Source: a candidate division WOR-3 bacterium (lineage in GTDB: Bacteria; Hydrothermota; Tepidihabitantia; B3-TA06). Taken from it: 64,000 nucleotides of DNA. The stretch spans positions 70,182 to 134,181 of the forward strand of contig CBFGKC010000007.1 of assembly GCA_965649265.1 (NCBI GenBank). The letters are read 5' to 3'. A program made the position numbers and the translations under genes. The notes under the pieces are model-generated. The model had not been told where the DNA came from and ran no database searches. It was given only the letters and a program-made list of their open reading frames with translations. Shown piece after piece: positions 54,154-63,641 of the stretch. Every line of letters starts with the position of its first letter. Positions within the stretch are counted from its first letter, which is position 1.

Positions 54154-55517
54154 CTCACATACACATGATAGGAATAGGCGGGATAGGAATGAGCGGCATT
54201 GCCTATATCCTTCACAATCTTGGTTTCAAGGTTGCAGGCTCGGATGTAACGAAGTCTGAAGTGACCGAGGGATTGAGAAAAGCAGGCATTCGGGTGGAGA
54301 TTGGTCACCGCAAGGCAAACTTGCAGGAGGCGGACGTTGTCGTTATATCTTCGGCAGTGAAACCTGCGAATCCTGAGATAAAGGCAGCAAAGGAGAGGGG
54401 GGTACCCATTATAGGTCGCGGCGAAATGCTCGGCGAGTTGATGCGCATGAAGTATTCGACTGCGATCGCCGGCACTCACGGCAAGACGACGACCTCGTCA
54501 CTGATAAGCTTCATGCTTGAACTGGGCGAGCTCGATCCGACATCCATCATCGGCGGCAAGGTTCTCGAGATGGGTTCAAACGCCAAGATGGGCAAAAGCG
54601 AATATCTTGTCGCTGAGGCTGATGAGAGCGACCGGTCGTTCCTGCACCTTTTCCCGACCATTGCAGTCGTGACCAATATCGAGGCCGAGCATCTGGATTA
54701 TTACAAGAATTTTGATGACATAAAATCCTGCTTCAAGGAGTTCGTCGAAAAAATACCCTTTTACGGCCTGGCCGTGCTTTGCGGAGACGACGAGGGAGTG
54801 CGTTCGATTTTACCCGATCTCGCTGTACGAAAAATAACGTACGGTCTCGGAAACGAAAACGATGTAAGACCCATGTGGAGACGCAGCGAGGGCTGGCGTT
54901 CAAGGTTCGTCATGCGCTTTGACGAAAAGCTTTACGAGTTCGAACTCAACCTTCCCGGTGAGCACAACATCCAGAACGCGCTTGCGGCAATCGCCGTGGC
55001 ACGGGAGCTCGGCGTATCCCCTCTTGTCATGAAGGAAGCTCTGTCACGATTCAGGGGTGTTCGCAGACGCATGGAAAGAGTCGACGAGAGGGCAGGTGTG
55101 ACATTCATCGACGACTACGGACACCACCCGACCGAGATAGCGGCGACGATAAAGGCACTGCGCGGTGTATTCCCCGAACAGCGGCTGCGTGTGCTCTTTC
55201 AGCCCCACCGGTTCACGCGAACGAAATTCCTGCACAAGCTTTTCGGAAAGGCTTTTCTGGATGCCGACGAGGTGGTGTTGACGGATATTTACAAGGCCAG
55301 CGAAAGGCCAATACCTGGGATCAGCTCGGAACTGATTCTTGAAAGCATCAAGCGTGACGCTTCAAAAGTAAAAGCCCAGGTAATTTCGGACAGAAAGAAA
55401 ATTGTCGATTATTTCAGTGAAACCTTAACCCCCGGGGACGTATTCCTCACCCTGGGCGCTGGTGATGTATGGAAGATTGGATCAGCCATTTTAGAAAGAA
55501 TGTCCTCCACGCTCTGA
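54138..55517 (+). CDS. murC: UDP-N-acetylmuramate--L-alanine ligase
   Basis: IHMIGIGGIGMSGIA and GTHGKTTT motifs. Confidence 0.85.
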   Translation: MFGRVTHIHMIGIGGIGMSGIAYILHNLGFKVAGSDVTKSEVTEGLRKAGIRVEIGHRKANLQEADVVVISSAVKPANPEIKAAKERGVPIIGRGEMLGELMRMKYSTAIAGTHGKTTTSSLISFMLELGELDPTSIIGGKVLEMGSNAKMGKSEYLVAEADESDRSFLHLFPTIAVVTNIEAEHLDYYKNFDDIKSCFKEFVEKIPFYGLAVLCGDDEGVRSILPDLAVRKITYGLGNENDVRPMWRRSEGWRSRFVMRFDEKLYEFELNLPGEHNIQNALAAIAVARELGVSPLVMKEALSRFRGVRRRMERVDERAGVTFIDDYGHHPTEIAATIKALRGVFPEQRLRVLFQPHRFTRTKFLHKLFGKAFLDADEVVLTDIYKASERPIPGISSELILESIKRDASKVKAQVISDRKKIVDYFSETLTPGDVFLTLGAGDVWKIGSAILERMSSTL

Positions 55518-55543
55518 AAGGTACCGCTACCTTTGGAGCCCGG

Positions 55544-56404
55544 ATGTCGGAGCATACTACGTTCCGCATTGGAGGCTCAGTTTCCGTGTTTGTCGATGTC
55601 GGGGCGGTCGACGATCTCGCTCTCATTTACGAGTTTATCTCGAGACACAAGGACGTTGGGTGGCAAATACTCGGCGGCGGGAGTAATGTTCTTTATCCCG
55701 AGCGCTTCGACGGCATCGTTGTACACCCCGGAGCCGGGTTATCGAAGATTAAGAAAGAGGATGATTTTGTGATTGCGGGTTCGGGAGCCGATCTAATGCA
55801 CGTCATAAAGCAGGCGGCCGAATGGGGTCTTGGAGGCATGGAATTCGCCGCAGGCATTCCCGGGAGTATAGGCGGAGCCGTCAAGGGAAATGCGGGCGCG
55901 TTCGGGCATTCGGTCTCGGAACGTGTTGAGTTGGTGAGAGGATTTAACATGAAGGAAGGCAGAACAGTAGAGATTCCGTCGGAAGATATTGAATGGTCAT
56001 ACCGAAAGTCTGGAATCGATAACGGCATATTCTTGACCGGGATTAGAATGAAGTTAGACAAATTGCCTGTAAGCGAATGCATGGACGAGATTGCACGCGT
56101 GCTCGCACAAAGGATGGAGAAACACCCGTCGGAACCGTCTGCGGGAAGCGTGTTCGTCAACCCGAAACCGCCGGATGTTACGGCGGGCAGGCTGATTGAG
56201 GAATTGGGCTTCAAGGGCCGAAGAATCGGCGACGCCATGTGTTCGCCGAAACACGCAAACTTTATCGTCAACTTGGGAAAGGCCACACAGGAGGACGTGC
56301 TGGCTTTAATGAACGAAATCAAGATTGCGGTCAAGGAACACTTCGGAATAGAACTCCGGGAGGAGATAAGAATTGTGAACGCAACAAGCATTGGAGGTTC
56401 TTAA
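55544..56404 (+). CDS. murB: UDP-N-acetylenolpyruvoylglucosamine reductase
   Basis: FAD-binding MurB N-domain (TFRIGG...ILGGGSN); stop overlaps the ftsA start (TAATG). Confidence 0.8.
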   Translation: MSEHTTFRIGGSVSVFVDVGAVDDLALIYEFISRHKDVGWQILGGGSNVLYPERFDGIVVHPGAGLSKIKKEDDFVIAGSGADLMHVIKQAAEWGLGGMEFAAGIPGSIGGAVKGNAGAFGHSVSERVELVRGFNMKEGRTVEIPSEDIEWSYRKSGIDNGIFLTGIRMKLDKLPVSECMDEIARVLAQRMEKHPSEPSAGSVFVNPKPPDVTAGRLIEELGFKGRRIGDAMCSPKHANFIVNLGKATQEDVLALMNEIKIAVKEHFGIELREEIRIVNATSIGGS

Positions 56405-57639
56405 TGGCTAAAGGCGAAAGAATCGTCGGCCTTGACCTTGGCACGACCAAGGTCGCCGCGGTGATCGCCGAGCTGGATGACAACCTCGAGCCGCGTATCG
56501 TTGGTGTTGGACTCGCTCCCTCACGCGGTATGCGGAGGGGAACTGTGGTCAATCTTGAGCAGACGGTTGAGTCGGTGAAGCGCGCCATCGGCGAAGCCGA
56601 ACGAATGGCCGGCTGCAAGGTTGACTCGTGCTACGTCGGAATCGCAGGCAGTCATATTTCGAGCATGAACTGCCGCGGCGTTGTAGCAGTCGAGAAAGCC
56701 GGCGGCGAAATAACACCCAAAGATAAGGCCAGAGTAATAGAGCAGGCAAAGACAATCGGTCTTCCGATTGACAGGGAAATAATTCACGTAATACCGATCG
56801 AGTTCATTGTCGATGACCAACCGGGCATCAAGGATCCCGTGGGCATGTTCGGCAAAAGACTCGAAGTCGAAGTCCATATCGTGACAGGCGCCGTAACGTC
56901 GGCCCAGAATATCTACCGCTCGATTGAGCGCACGGGTCTCAAGGTCAAAGACCTTGTATTGCAGCCCCTGGCTTCCGCCACGGCCGTGCTGGAGACAGAC
57001 GAGAAAGAGCTAGGCGTGCTCCTCGTTGATATCGGAGGCGGCACTACCGACCTCGCAATATTCAAGGAAGGCTCTATAAGGCACACACAGGTTCTGGCTC
57101 TCGGCGGCGAACACATCACGTCGGATATAGCGATCGGCCTGAGGACCCCGACCAAGGAAGCTGAGGAAATTAAAAGAAGATACGGATGCGCGCTGGCCAA
57201 TCTCGTGGATGAGGATCAATCCTTCACGGTCAAAGGCGTAGGCGGAAGAGACGAGAAACAGGTTTCCAGAAGGATCCTTGCATCGATCATAGAACCGAGA
57301 ATCGAGGAGATTCTTTCGCTTGCTAATCGCGAGATGCGCAAAACCGATTTCGCCGACCTTCTTGCCGCAGGCGTTGTCGTTACAGGCGGCACGGCACACC
57401 TTGAAGGAATCGAAAGGATTGCGGAACAGATATTTGACCTTCCCGTAAAGGTCGGAAAGCCCTGGGGAACCTCGGGATTGACCGACATCATCGCCGATCC
57501 GATCTTCTCGACGGCGGTGGGACTTGTAAGGTACGGAATTGACAAGCAGAACCTGACCCTTCTGCCGCGCGGCACCGAGGAACGAGTCTTCGGAAACATC
57601 CTCAAAAGGATGCGGGAATGGTTCAAGGACTTTTTTTAA
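56404..57639 (+). CDS. ftsA: cell division protein FtsA
   Basis: Actin-like ATPase; VGLDLGTTKV N-terminus; start trimmed to the ATG at 56404. Confidence 0.85.
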   Translation: MAKGERIVGLDLGTTKVAAVIAELDDNLEPRIVGVGLAPSRGMRRGTVVNLEQTVESVKRAIGEAERMAGCKVDSCYVGIAGSHISSMNCRGVVAVEKAGGEITPKDKARVIEQAKTIGLPIDREIIHVIPIEFIVDDQPGIKDPVGMFGKRLEVEVHIVTGAVTSAQNIYRSIERTGLKVKDLVLQPLASATAVLETDEKELGVLLVDIGGGTTDLAIFKEGSIRHTQVLALGGEHITSDIAIGLRTPTKEAEEIKRRYGCALANLVDEDQSFTVKGVGGRDEKQVSRRILASIIEPRIEEILSLANREMRKTDFADLLAAGVVVTGGTAHLEGIERIAEQIFDLPVKVGKPWGTSGLTDIIADPIFSTAVGLVRYGIDKQNLTLLPRGTEERVFGNILKRMREWFKDFF

Positions 57640-57657
57640 AAACGTAAGGAGGATGCG

Positions 57658-58800
57658 ATGTTCGAACCCGTAGACGAGAATCGCTATCAAGCACAGATAG
57701 GTGTAATGGGGCTCGGCGGAGCCGGCGGCAATGCCGTGGACCACATGATAGAGAAAGGCATGCCGGGCATTCGCTTTTTTGCAATGAACACCGACGTTCA
57801 GGCGCTCGAGCGCAACAAGGCTGACCACAAGACACAGCTGGGCCCCAACCTGACAAGAGGCCTTGGGTCAGGAGGGAACCCCGAAGTCGGCAGGCAGGCT
57901 ACCGAGGAATCTATAGAGCACATCAAAGAGATACTTCTCGATCTGGACATGCTCTTCATCGCCGCGGGCGAGGGAGGCGGCACCGGCACGGGCGCCGCAC
58001 CGCTGGTCGCCGAGCTTGCACACTCGCTGTCCATACTGACCGTAGCCGTCGTGACGAGGCCTTTCGACTTCGAGGGTCCCGTACGCAAGCGGCAGGCCGA
58101 GGACGGTATCAATCTTCTGAAGCGCTACGTGGACACTCTGATCGTAATACCGAACCAGAAGCTTCTCTCGGTGATTCCTCAGAACGTGAGCCTGAGGGAA
58201 AGCTTCAGGATGGCCGACGACGTTCTTTTCAACGCCACGAGAGGGATAACCGACCTGATAACCCGCACGGGGATGATCAATCTCGACTTCGCCGACGTAC
58301 GTTCGATCATGTCCCACCGAGGCAACGCCGTGATAGGTATCGGCTCGTCCCGAGGCGAAAACAGGGCGGTTGACGCAGCGCAAAAGGCGATAAGCTCGCC
58401 TTTGATTGAGGACTTCGAGATATCCGGAGCCAAGGGAATACTCCTGAACATCTCCGGCGGCGACGACGTGAGCTTGCACGAGGTAAACGAAGCGGCAAGG
58501 ATCATATACGGATACGCCAATCAGGATTCCAACATCATATTCGGCGCCATCCAGGATCCGGAGTTCGCCGATGAGATAAGGGTAACCGTGATAGCCACGG
58601 GCATTGAAGAGATGCCCCCCCGGGTGGACAAGGTCGAGGAACTCCTTCACCCAACAACCGAAACTCTCAACAAGGTTCCAGCATACATGCGCCGCGGAGT
58701 CGAGCGGAAAATAACCCGTACCTTCGAGAAGGTTGAACCGAAACCCCTCTCGGACGAAGACCTGGATATACCCGCCTTTCTCAGAAGACAGGTGGATTGA
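57658..58800 (+). CDS. ftsZ: cell division protein FtsZ
   Basis: GGGTGTG tubulin signature (GEGGGTGTGAAP); 380 aa. Confidence 0.9.
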   Translation: MFEPVDENRYQAQIGVMGLGGAGGNAVDHMIEKGMPGIRFFAMNTDVQALERNKADHKTQLGPNLTRGLGSGGNPEVGRQATEESIEHIKEILLDLDMLFIAAGEGGGTGTGAAPLVAELAHSLSILTVAVVTRPFDFEGPVRKRQAEDGINLLKRYVDTLIVIPNQKLLSVIPQNVSLRESFRMADDVLFNATRGITDLITRTGMINLDFADVRSIMSHRGNAVIGIGSSRGENRAVDAAQKAISSPLIEDFEISGAKGILLNISGGDDVSLHEVNEAARIIYGYANQDSNIIFGAIQDPEFADEIRVTVIATGIEEMPPRVDKVEELLHPTTETLNKVPAYMRRGVERKITRTFEKVEPKPLSDEDLDIPAFLRRQVD

Positions 58801-58829
58801 CAGGGCTGAAAACGGTTTTATATTAAGAG

Positions 58830-60254
58830 ATGGCTAAAAGACTTTATCTAATCTTCGCCGCCCTGGGCGTTTTCACGGCGGCCTTCGCTCAGGTAATTTC
58901 CCAGTCGGCTTCACGCGATTCGGCGAATTCCCTGAATGCTGAAATAAGACGCACAGGCATTGTGCTCGCGTCGGAAAAAATAATGCCTTCCGTCGTTTCG
59001 ATTACGGTTTTCGTCACCCAGACCTACACCTACTCCCCTTCGATCATAGACCCTTTCTTCGAGCAGTTCTTTGGCCACTCTCTTCCTTATCAGTACAAGC
59101 AAGAGATACAAGGACTCGGCTCAGGCATGATCCTTTCACAAGACGGAAAGATCATAACCAACGCGCATGTCGTTAAGGACGCGACCAAGATCAAAGTGAC
59201 GTTGGCTGACGGCCGCAACTACGACGTCAAGGTATTAGGGATAGATGAAGCCCTTGACCTGGCCCTGCTAGAGCTACAGAACCCGCCAAAGGATTTGAAG
59301 CCGGCAACGCTCGGAACATCGGACGACATAATGATCGGCGAATGGGTAATAGCACTCGGTAACCCGTTCGGGTTTCTGATGGCCGATGCCAAACCCAGCG
59401 TGACCGTCGGTGTCGTATCGGCGGTTGACAGAAAAGTCCAGTCGCAGCAGGGCAAGCAGTTCAACTATACAGGCGTCATCCAGACGGACGCGGCAATAAA
59501 TCCAGGCAACTCGGGCGGCCCCCTCGTCAACATTCTCGGAGAAGTTGTGGGCATAAATACCTTCATCTTCACCCAGTCCGGCGGCTCGGAAGGTCTGGGA
59601 TTTGCCATACCTATCGAGCAGGTCAAGAAGTTCATTTACGAACTCCAGTCGCACGAAACAAGACGAACTGCCTGGCTTGGCATAGGAGTGCAAACTCTGA
59701 CATCTGATATGGCCCGCGCAATGGGTATCAAGGGCACCCAGGGACTCATAATAACCGGAGTGTTCGCGAACACGCCCGCGTCGGAAAAAGGAATGAGCGA
59801 GGCGTGGGTGATAACCTCGGCAAACGGTGTACACTACAACAGCGAGGCAGACTGGCAGATGATGGAGACAAGCCTCTTTGTAGGCGATACGGTCAGGCTC
59901 GCAGGATTCACGGACGAGGGCAAACCTTTTTCAAAGACACTTTATGCTGCAGAATACTCTCCTCTTCCCACGGAACGATTCACCGAACTCGGCGCGGAAG
60001 TCTCCGATCTCGATCCCGGAACCCGCAACATACACAACATCCAAAGCCGCGAAGGCGCCTACATCTCAAAGATTGACCCCAACGGGCTCGCAGCCAAGCT
60101 CGGTCTCGCGACAGGCGACGTCATTCTAGCATACGGTTCATTGAAAGTGGCGAACGTCAAGGAACTCAAACAGGCGGTCAGGGCAGAACGCGAACCCCGC
60201 ACTCTGGTCATCGAAAGAGGAGGCGGACGTTACCGCCTCTACAGGGGGTATTGA
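58830..60254 (+). CDS. htrA: periplasmic serine endoprotease DegP/HtrA family with PDZ domains
   Basis: Signal peptide; catalytic H/D/S in trypsin-like context (TNAHVV; GNSGGPLVN); two PDZ-like C-terminal domains. Confidence 0.8.
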   Translation: MAKRLYLIFAALGVFTAAFAQVISQSASRDSANSLNAEIRRTGIVLASEKIMPSVVSITVFVTQTYTYSPSIIDPFFEQFFGHSLPYQYKQEIQGLGSGMILSQDGKIITNAHVVKDATKIKVTLADGRNYDVKVLGIDEALDLALLELQNPPKDLKPATLGTSDDIMIGEWVIALGNPFGFLMADAKPSVTVGVVSAVDRKVQSQQGKQFNYTGVIQTDAAINPGNSGGPLVNILGEVVGINTFIFTQSGGSEGLGFAIPIEQVKKFIYELQSHETRRTAWLGIGVQTLTSDMARAMGIKGTQGLIITGVFANTPASEKGMSEAWVITSANGVHYNSEADWQMMETSLFVGDTVRLAGFTDEGKPFSKTLYAAEYSPLPTERFTELGAEVSDLDPGTRNIHNIQSREGAYISKIDPNGLAAKLGLATGDVILAYGSLKVANVKELKQAVRAEREPRTLVIERGGGRYRLYRGY

Positions 60255-61546
60255 TGATCAATCGCTACTCGACGCCCGAAATGCAGGAAATCTGGACTGA
60301 CGAGCATAGATTCCGCTACTGGCTGAGAGTGGAGAAGGCCGTCGCGCGCGCCCAGGAGAAAATGGGGATCATCCCTGCCGGACTAAGCAAGTGCCTTGAG
60401 GGTCTGGAGGACGTGGACCACGAGAAGGTCAAGGAGATTGAAGCGAAGACCGAGCACGAGGTGACGGCATTTCTCGAGGCGGTGTGGCTCGCGGCTCCTT
60501 GTTCCAGAGAGTATCTCCACTACGGACTCACGTCCTACGACGTAGTGGATAACGCAATGTCCTTGAGGATTTCCGAATCGCTGGATATCATGGAGATGGA
60601 GGTGAAAAAGCTCAATGACCTGCTCAGGAACATGGCCGTAAAGCACAAGTACACTGCCGTGCTCGGGCGCACTCACGGGAGAGGCGCTGAACCCATTACG
60701 TTCGGCGTGCGCGCGCTCTCCTGGTTAGCCGAGGGTGAAAGAGTGCTCGGGGAGCTTGAACACGCCCGCAAGATGACGGCCAGAGGCCGCATCTCCGGGA
60801 CCGTCGGAACATTTACAGCCCTCCCCCCCGCTCTGGAGGGGGAAGCCCTTAAGGAACTTGGTCTTGAGCCCGAACCTGTAGCCACCCAGGTAATTCCCAG
60901 GGACAGGCACGCGGTGCTCATGTTCGCGCTCGCCTTAGTCGGAACGTGGCTCGAGCGCATGGCCCTTAACATAAGGATCGGCCAGCTCGAGGGCCTGGAC
61001 GAACTCTTCGAACCGTTCAAGGAACGCCAGACCGGTTCATCCGCGATGCCGCAGAAGCGCAACCCGGTTTTGTGCGAGCGTGTATGCGGGCTGGCGAGAA
61101 TTCTTCGCGCGAACGTCCAGGTCGCTCTCGAAAACGTGGCGCTATGGCACGAACGCGACATATCACATTCGTCGGCGGAGCGAGTGGTCCTTCCGGATTC
61201 GTTCAATCTTGCACACTACCTCTTGATCAAGATGAAAGGAATCATATCCGGACTCAAGGTTGAAACCGACAGGATGAAAAAGATTCTTGATTCCACTGGG
61301 GGAACATTCTACTCGCAAAGGCTGCTTCTGGCGCTCATCCGCAAAGGAATGGCCCGCGAGGACGCCTATAAGCTCGTTCAGAAAACGGCGTTCAAGGTCA
61401 AGGAATCCGGAGAGGCGTTCGACGTTCTTTCCAGGAAGGAGGCTTCTATTACGGAGAAACTTGATAAAAAGGAGCTAGACGAGATATTCTCACTCGAACG
61501 GTATCTTGAAGGAGTAGAAATACTCTACAAACGCATGGGATTTTAG
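60251..61546 (+). CDS. purB: adenylosuccinate lyase
   Basis: Fumarate-lyase family, 431 aa, PurB-like N-terminus MMINRYSTPEMQEIW. Confidence 0.8.
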   Translation: MMINRYSTPEMQEIWTDEHRFRYWLRVEKAVARAQEKMGIIPAGLSKCLEGLEDVDHEKVKEIEAKTEHEVTAFLEAVWLAAPCSREYLHYGLTSYDVVDNAMSLRISESLDIMEMEVKKLNDLLRNMAVKHKYTAVLGRTHGRGAEPITFGVRALSWLAEGERVLGELEHARKMTARGRISGTVGTFTALPPALEGEALKELGLEPEPVATQVIPRDRHAVLMFALALVGTWLERMALNIRIGQLEGLDELFEPFKERQTGSSAMPQKRNPVLCERVCGLARILRANVQVALENVALWHERDISHSSAERVVLPDSFNLAHYLLIKMKGIISGLKVETDRMKKILDSTGGTFYSQRLLLALIRKGMAREDAYKLVQKTAFKVKESGEAFDVLSRKEASITEKLDKKELDEIFSLERYLEGVEILYKRMGF

Positions 61547-61572
61547 TTACCCACATCACCAACGCAACCAAA

Positions 61573-61680
61573 GCCCGAATCCCGGCTCGGATCGCAAATC
61601 CGACCGGGATTTGGGCTAAAAAATGAACCCCATAAAAACACAAAGTGTTTTTATGGGGGACCCCGAATATGCTCCTTTTC
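61573..61680 (+). terminator. two strong hairpins 3' of purB (possible terminator; weak U-tract)
   Basis: GCCCGAATCCCGG...CCGGGATTTGGGC and CCCCATAAAAACAC-aaag-GTGTTTTTATGGGG. Confidence 0.35.
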
Positions 61681-61809
61681 GCTGAACAAGAAAAAAAAAG
61701 CTTCATCCAGTTCTGCAGTTTCTCAACTTCTTTCAAGAATATAATTCGATGAGCAAAGGTTCGGATAAAAGAAAACCCAACGAAAATACTCCGTGTTTTC
61801 ACTGGGTCA

Positions 61810-61854
61810 TTTTAAAAGGGATCCCCAAGAAGATGCACAGTATCTTCCTGGGGA
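61810..61854 (-). terminator. rho-independent terminator of the tRNA-Thr/tRNA-Tyr transcript
   Basis: 12-bp hairpin CCCCAAGAAGAT/ATCTTCCTGGGG followed on the minus transcript by CCCUUUUAAAA. Confidence 0.5.
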
Positions 61855-61862
61855 TTATATAG

Positions 61863-61946
61863 TGGGCAGGGAAGGATTCGAACCTCCGAAGGCGCCAGGC
61901 CAGCAGATTTACAGTCTGCCCCCTTTGTCCACTTGGGTACCTACCC
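61863..61946 (-). tRNA. tRNA-Tyr (anticodon GTA), class II with long variable arm
   Basis: Folded by hand: acceptor GGGTAGG/CCTGCCC, anticodon stem GCAGA/TCTGC, loop CTGTAAA, T-loop TTCGAAT; 84 nt; CCA not encoded. Confidence 0.8.
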
Positions 61947-62014
61947 GATTTTCAATTTTCGACTCTTTTCCGGGCAGAGCCCGGCCCATGCGAAATATTT
62001 AAAGCTCGCATGAG

Positions 62015-62088
62015 AGCCGGAGAAGGGAATCGAACCCCCGACCTGCTGTTTACAAAACAGCTGCTCTAACCGACTGAGCTACTCCGGC
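62015..62088 (-). tRNA. tRNA-Thr (anticodon TGT)
   Basis: Acceptor GCCGGAG/CTCCGGC, D-arm GCTCAGTCGGTTAGAGC, anticodon stem GCTGT/ACAGC, loop TTTGTAA, T-loop TTCGATT; 74 nt. Confidence 0.8.
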
Positions 62089-62131
62089 CTAAGTCGTTTG
62101 AGAAGGGATTTTACTCGCTTTGCAGGGGATG

Positions 62132-62911
62132 TCAATATTCTTGACCCTGCCATGCACGAATGTGCGTATCCGCCGACAAGGGCTTGCTCTTCGAACATGT
62201 ATTGAAGAGATCCACACCCATCGCGGCCTGAAGCTCCCACTCGGGCGTGAAGAGAGTGACCGGGTTCGTCTGAAATGAGACGTGCAACATCCTTAAGGGA
62301 TGAACGGTGACGAAGAGGGATGCCGGCGTGAAAAGCCACTCGGTTTTTAGTCCAAGAGTTACTATCTCCCTCCCCCTCGAGGGAATTCCGCAAAGAAACG
62401 TCAGGGACTGAAGGTAGGGAAAGCAAAACCCGTACTGAAAAGATATGCAGGGATTATCCAGAAGCTGGTATTGAAGCGCAAGCTCGGCCCACGGCGCAAT
62501 CTTCTGAGCGGTATCCCACGGTGCGTTGAAGAAACCTCTCGCACCCTCGCCTTCAAGGCACGTTGCGCCGAGCTGACCGACGAACGCGACACGCCCGGCT
62601 TGATCCGACACAATGCCAAGTCGGTTAAGATTTGCGGAATCGGCGTAGCGAAACATTGTCTCGACCCGGTATCCTTTAGCTCGTTCATAGTCAGCAGAAC
62701 CATCCAGGCTCGGGAAGTTATAGTTGTAGTCGAGGTACCCCCCTCCTGCAGTCAAGGACATGCCGGGCTCTACCCTTGCGGTCTGGAACGTCGCCGGAGC
62801 GCATCCACCCGTAACACCCGTAACACCCGTAACACCCACGACACCCACGACACCCGCAACACCCGCAACACCCGCAACACGCAACGCAAAATAAACAAAA
62901 CCCCTAAGCAC
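62132..62911 (-). CDS. small outer-membrane/exported protein, paralog A; signal peptide expanded by 9-nt tandem repeats (alternative start ATG 62761)
   Basis: GTG at 62911 gives MLRGFVYFALRVAGVAGVAGVVGVVGVTGVTGVTGGCAP.... The mature part aligns with paralog B (GGC..P...TAR..PG...GGG). The downstream ATG (62761) would lack any signal peptide. Confidence 0.4.
   Translation of the reverse strand: MLRGFVYFALRVAGVAGVAGVVGVVGVTGVTGVTGGCAPATFQTARVEPGMSLTAGGGYLDYNYNFPSLDGSADYERAKGYRVETMFRYADSANLNRLGIVSDQAGRVAFVGQLGATCLEGEGARGFFNAPWDTAQKIAPWAELALQYQLLDNPCISFQYGFCFPYLQSLTFLCGIPSRGREIVTLGLKTEWLFTPASLFVTVHPLRMLHVSFQTNPVTLFTPEWELQAAMGVDLFNTCSKSKPLSADTHIRAWQGQEY
62808..62886. repeat. tandem 9-nt repeats (cccgtaaca x3, cccacgaca x2, cccgcaaca x3), in frame in the paralog A signal peptide
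   Basis: Read directly; encodes GVT/GVV/GVA triplets. Confidence 0.75.
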
Positions 62912-62924
62912 CGCTATTATTTTT

Positions 62925-63629
62925 TTAATCCAGCCTGAGCGTATCCTTTTCAATCTTTCCCCCTTTTTTCGATAGATCGAACGTGTAGGTGTAGCCTGCG
63001 CCAAGGCAGACGCTTGGCGTACCTGTGCTAGTCGAGTCGTCGGAGCCCCAGGGCAGGCCCAGCCCGAGGAATATATGAGCACCACGGAAGGGATGCACGT
63101 TCAGGAACACGCTCGCAGGCGCAATGCCTATCATCGTCTGGATACCGAGCGTCAGATACTCGAAACCGCTCTTCGTTGAGAGCCCTGCCATGGGAACGAG
63201 CGAAAGCCCGAGCAACGGATGAAGAAGCATCTGCGGCAAGACGAGCTCGGTTCTGAGACCGACGTTGAAGCGTTCGAAAGGTGTCGAGAACTTAACACCC
63301 AGACCGGCAAAAGGCAGGCTGAAAACGTCCGTGGATGTGCTATCCCGGTCAAGGTCGATAAGCATGCCCGCGCGGCCGACCACGCTGAACCAGTTACTTG
63401 GCGAGTACGCGAGAGCAACGTCTGGCCTTATTCCTACCACGTCGTAATCGAAACTAATGATACCGGAGCCGCCGCTGTGGTACTGTGCGTTCTGGAATGC
63501 CAGCCCGCCGCCCAGGGTGAAACCGGGATATGTGCGAGCGGTATCGTATATCGGCGATACGCAGCCTCCCGAAACACCCCAGATACATCCGGCCAGCGCG
63601 ATTAATGCGATCCGTTTCATTTTGTTCAT
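62925..63629 (-). CDS. small outer-membrane/exported (possibly lipo-)protein, paralog B
   Basis: MNKMKRIALIALAGCIWGVSGGC signal/lipobox-like N-terminus; shares ...HPFR... and N-terminal mature motifs with paralogs A and C. Confidence 0.45.
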   Translation of the reverse strand: MNKMKRIALIALAGCIWGVSGGCVSPIYDTARTYPGFTLGGGLAFQNAQYHSGGSGIISFDYDVVGIRPDVALAYSPSNWFSVVGRAGMLIDLDRDSTSTDVFSLPFAGLGVKFSTPFERFNVGLRTELVLPQMLLHPLLGLSLVPMAGLSTKSGFEYLTLGIQTMIGIAPASVFLNVHPFRGAHIFLGLGLPWGSDDSTSTGTPSVCLGAGYTYTFDLSKKGGKIEKDTLRLD

Positions 63630-63641
63630 TTCTTCCTCTTC

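Noticed and set aside
61950-61990. Possible third tRNA between tRNA-Tyr and tRNA-Thr
   Set aside because: It contains only a short CCGGGC-aga-GCCCGG hairpin, with no cloverleaf.
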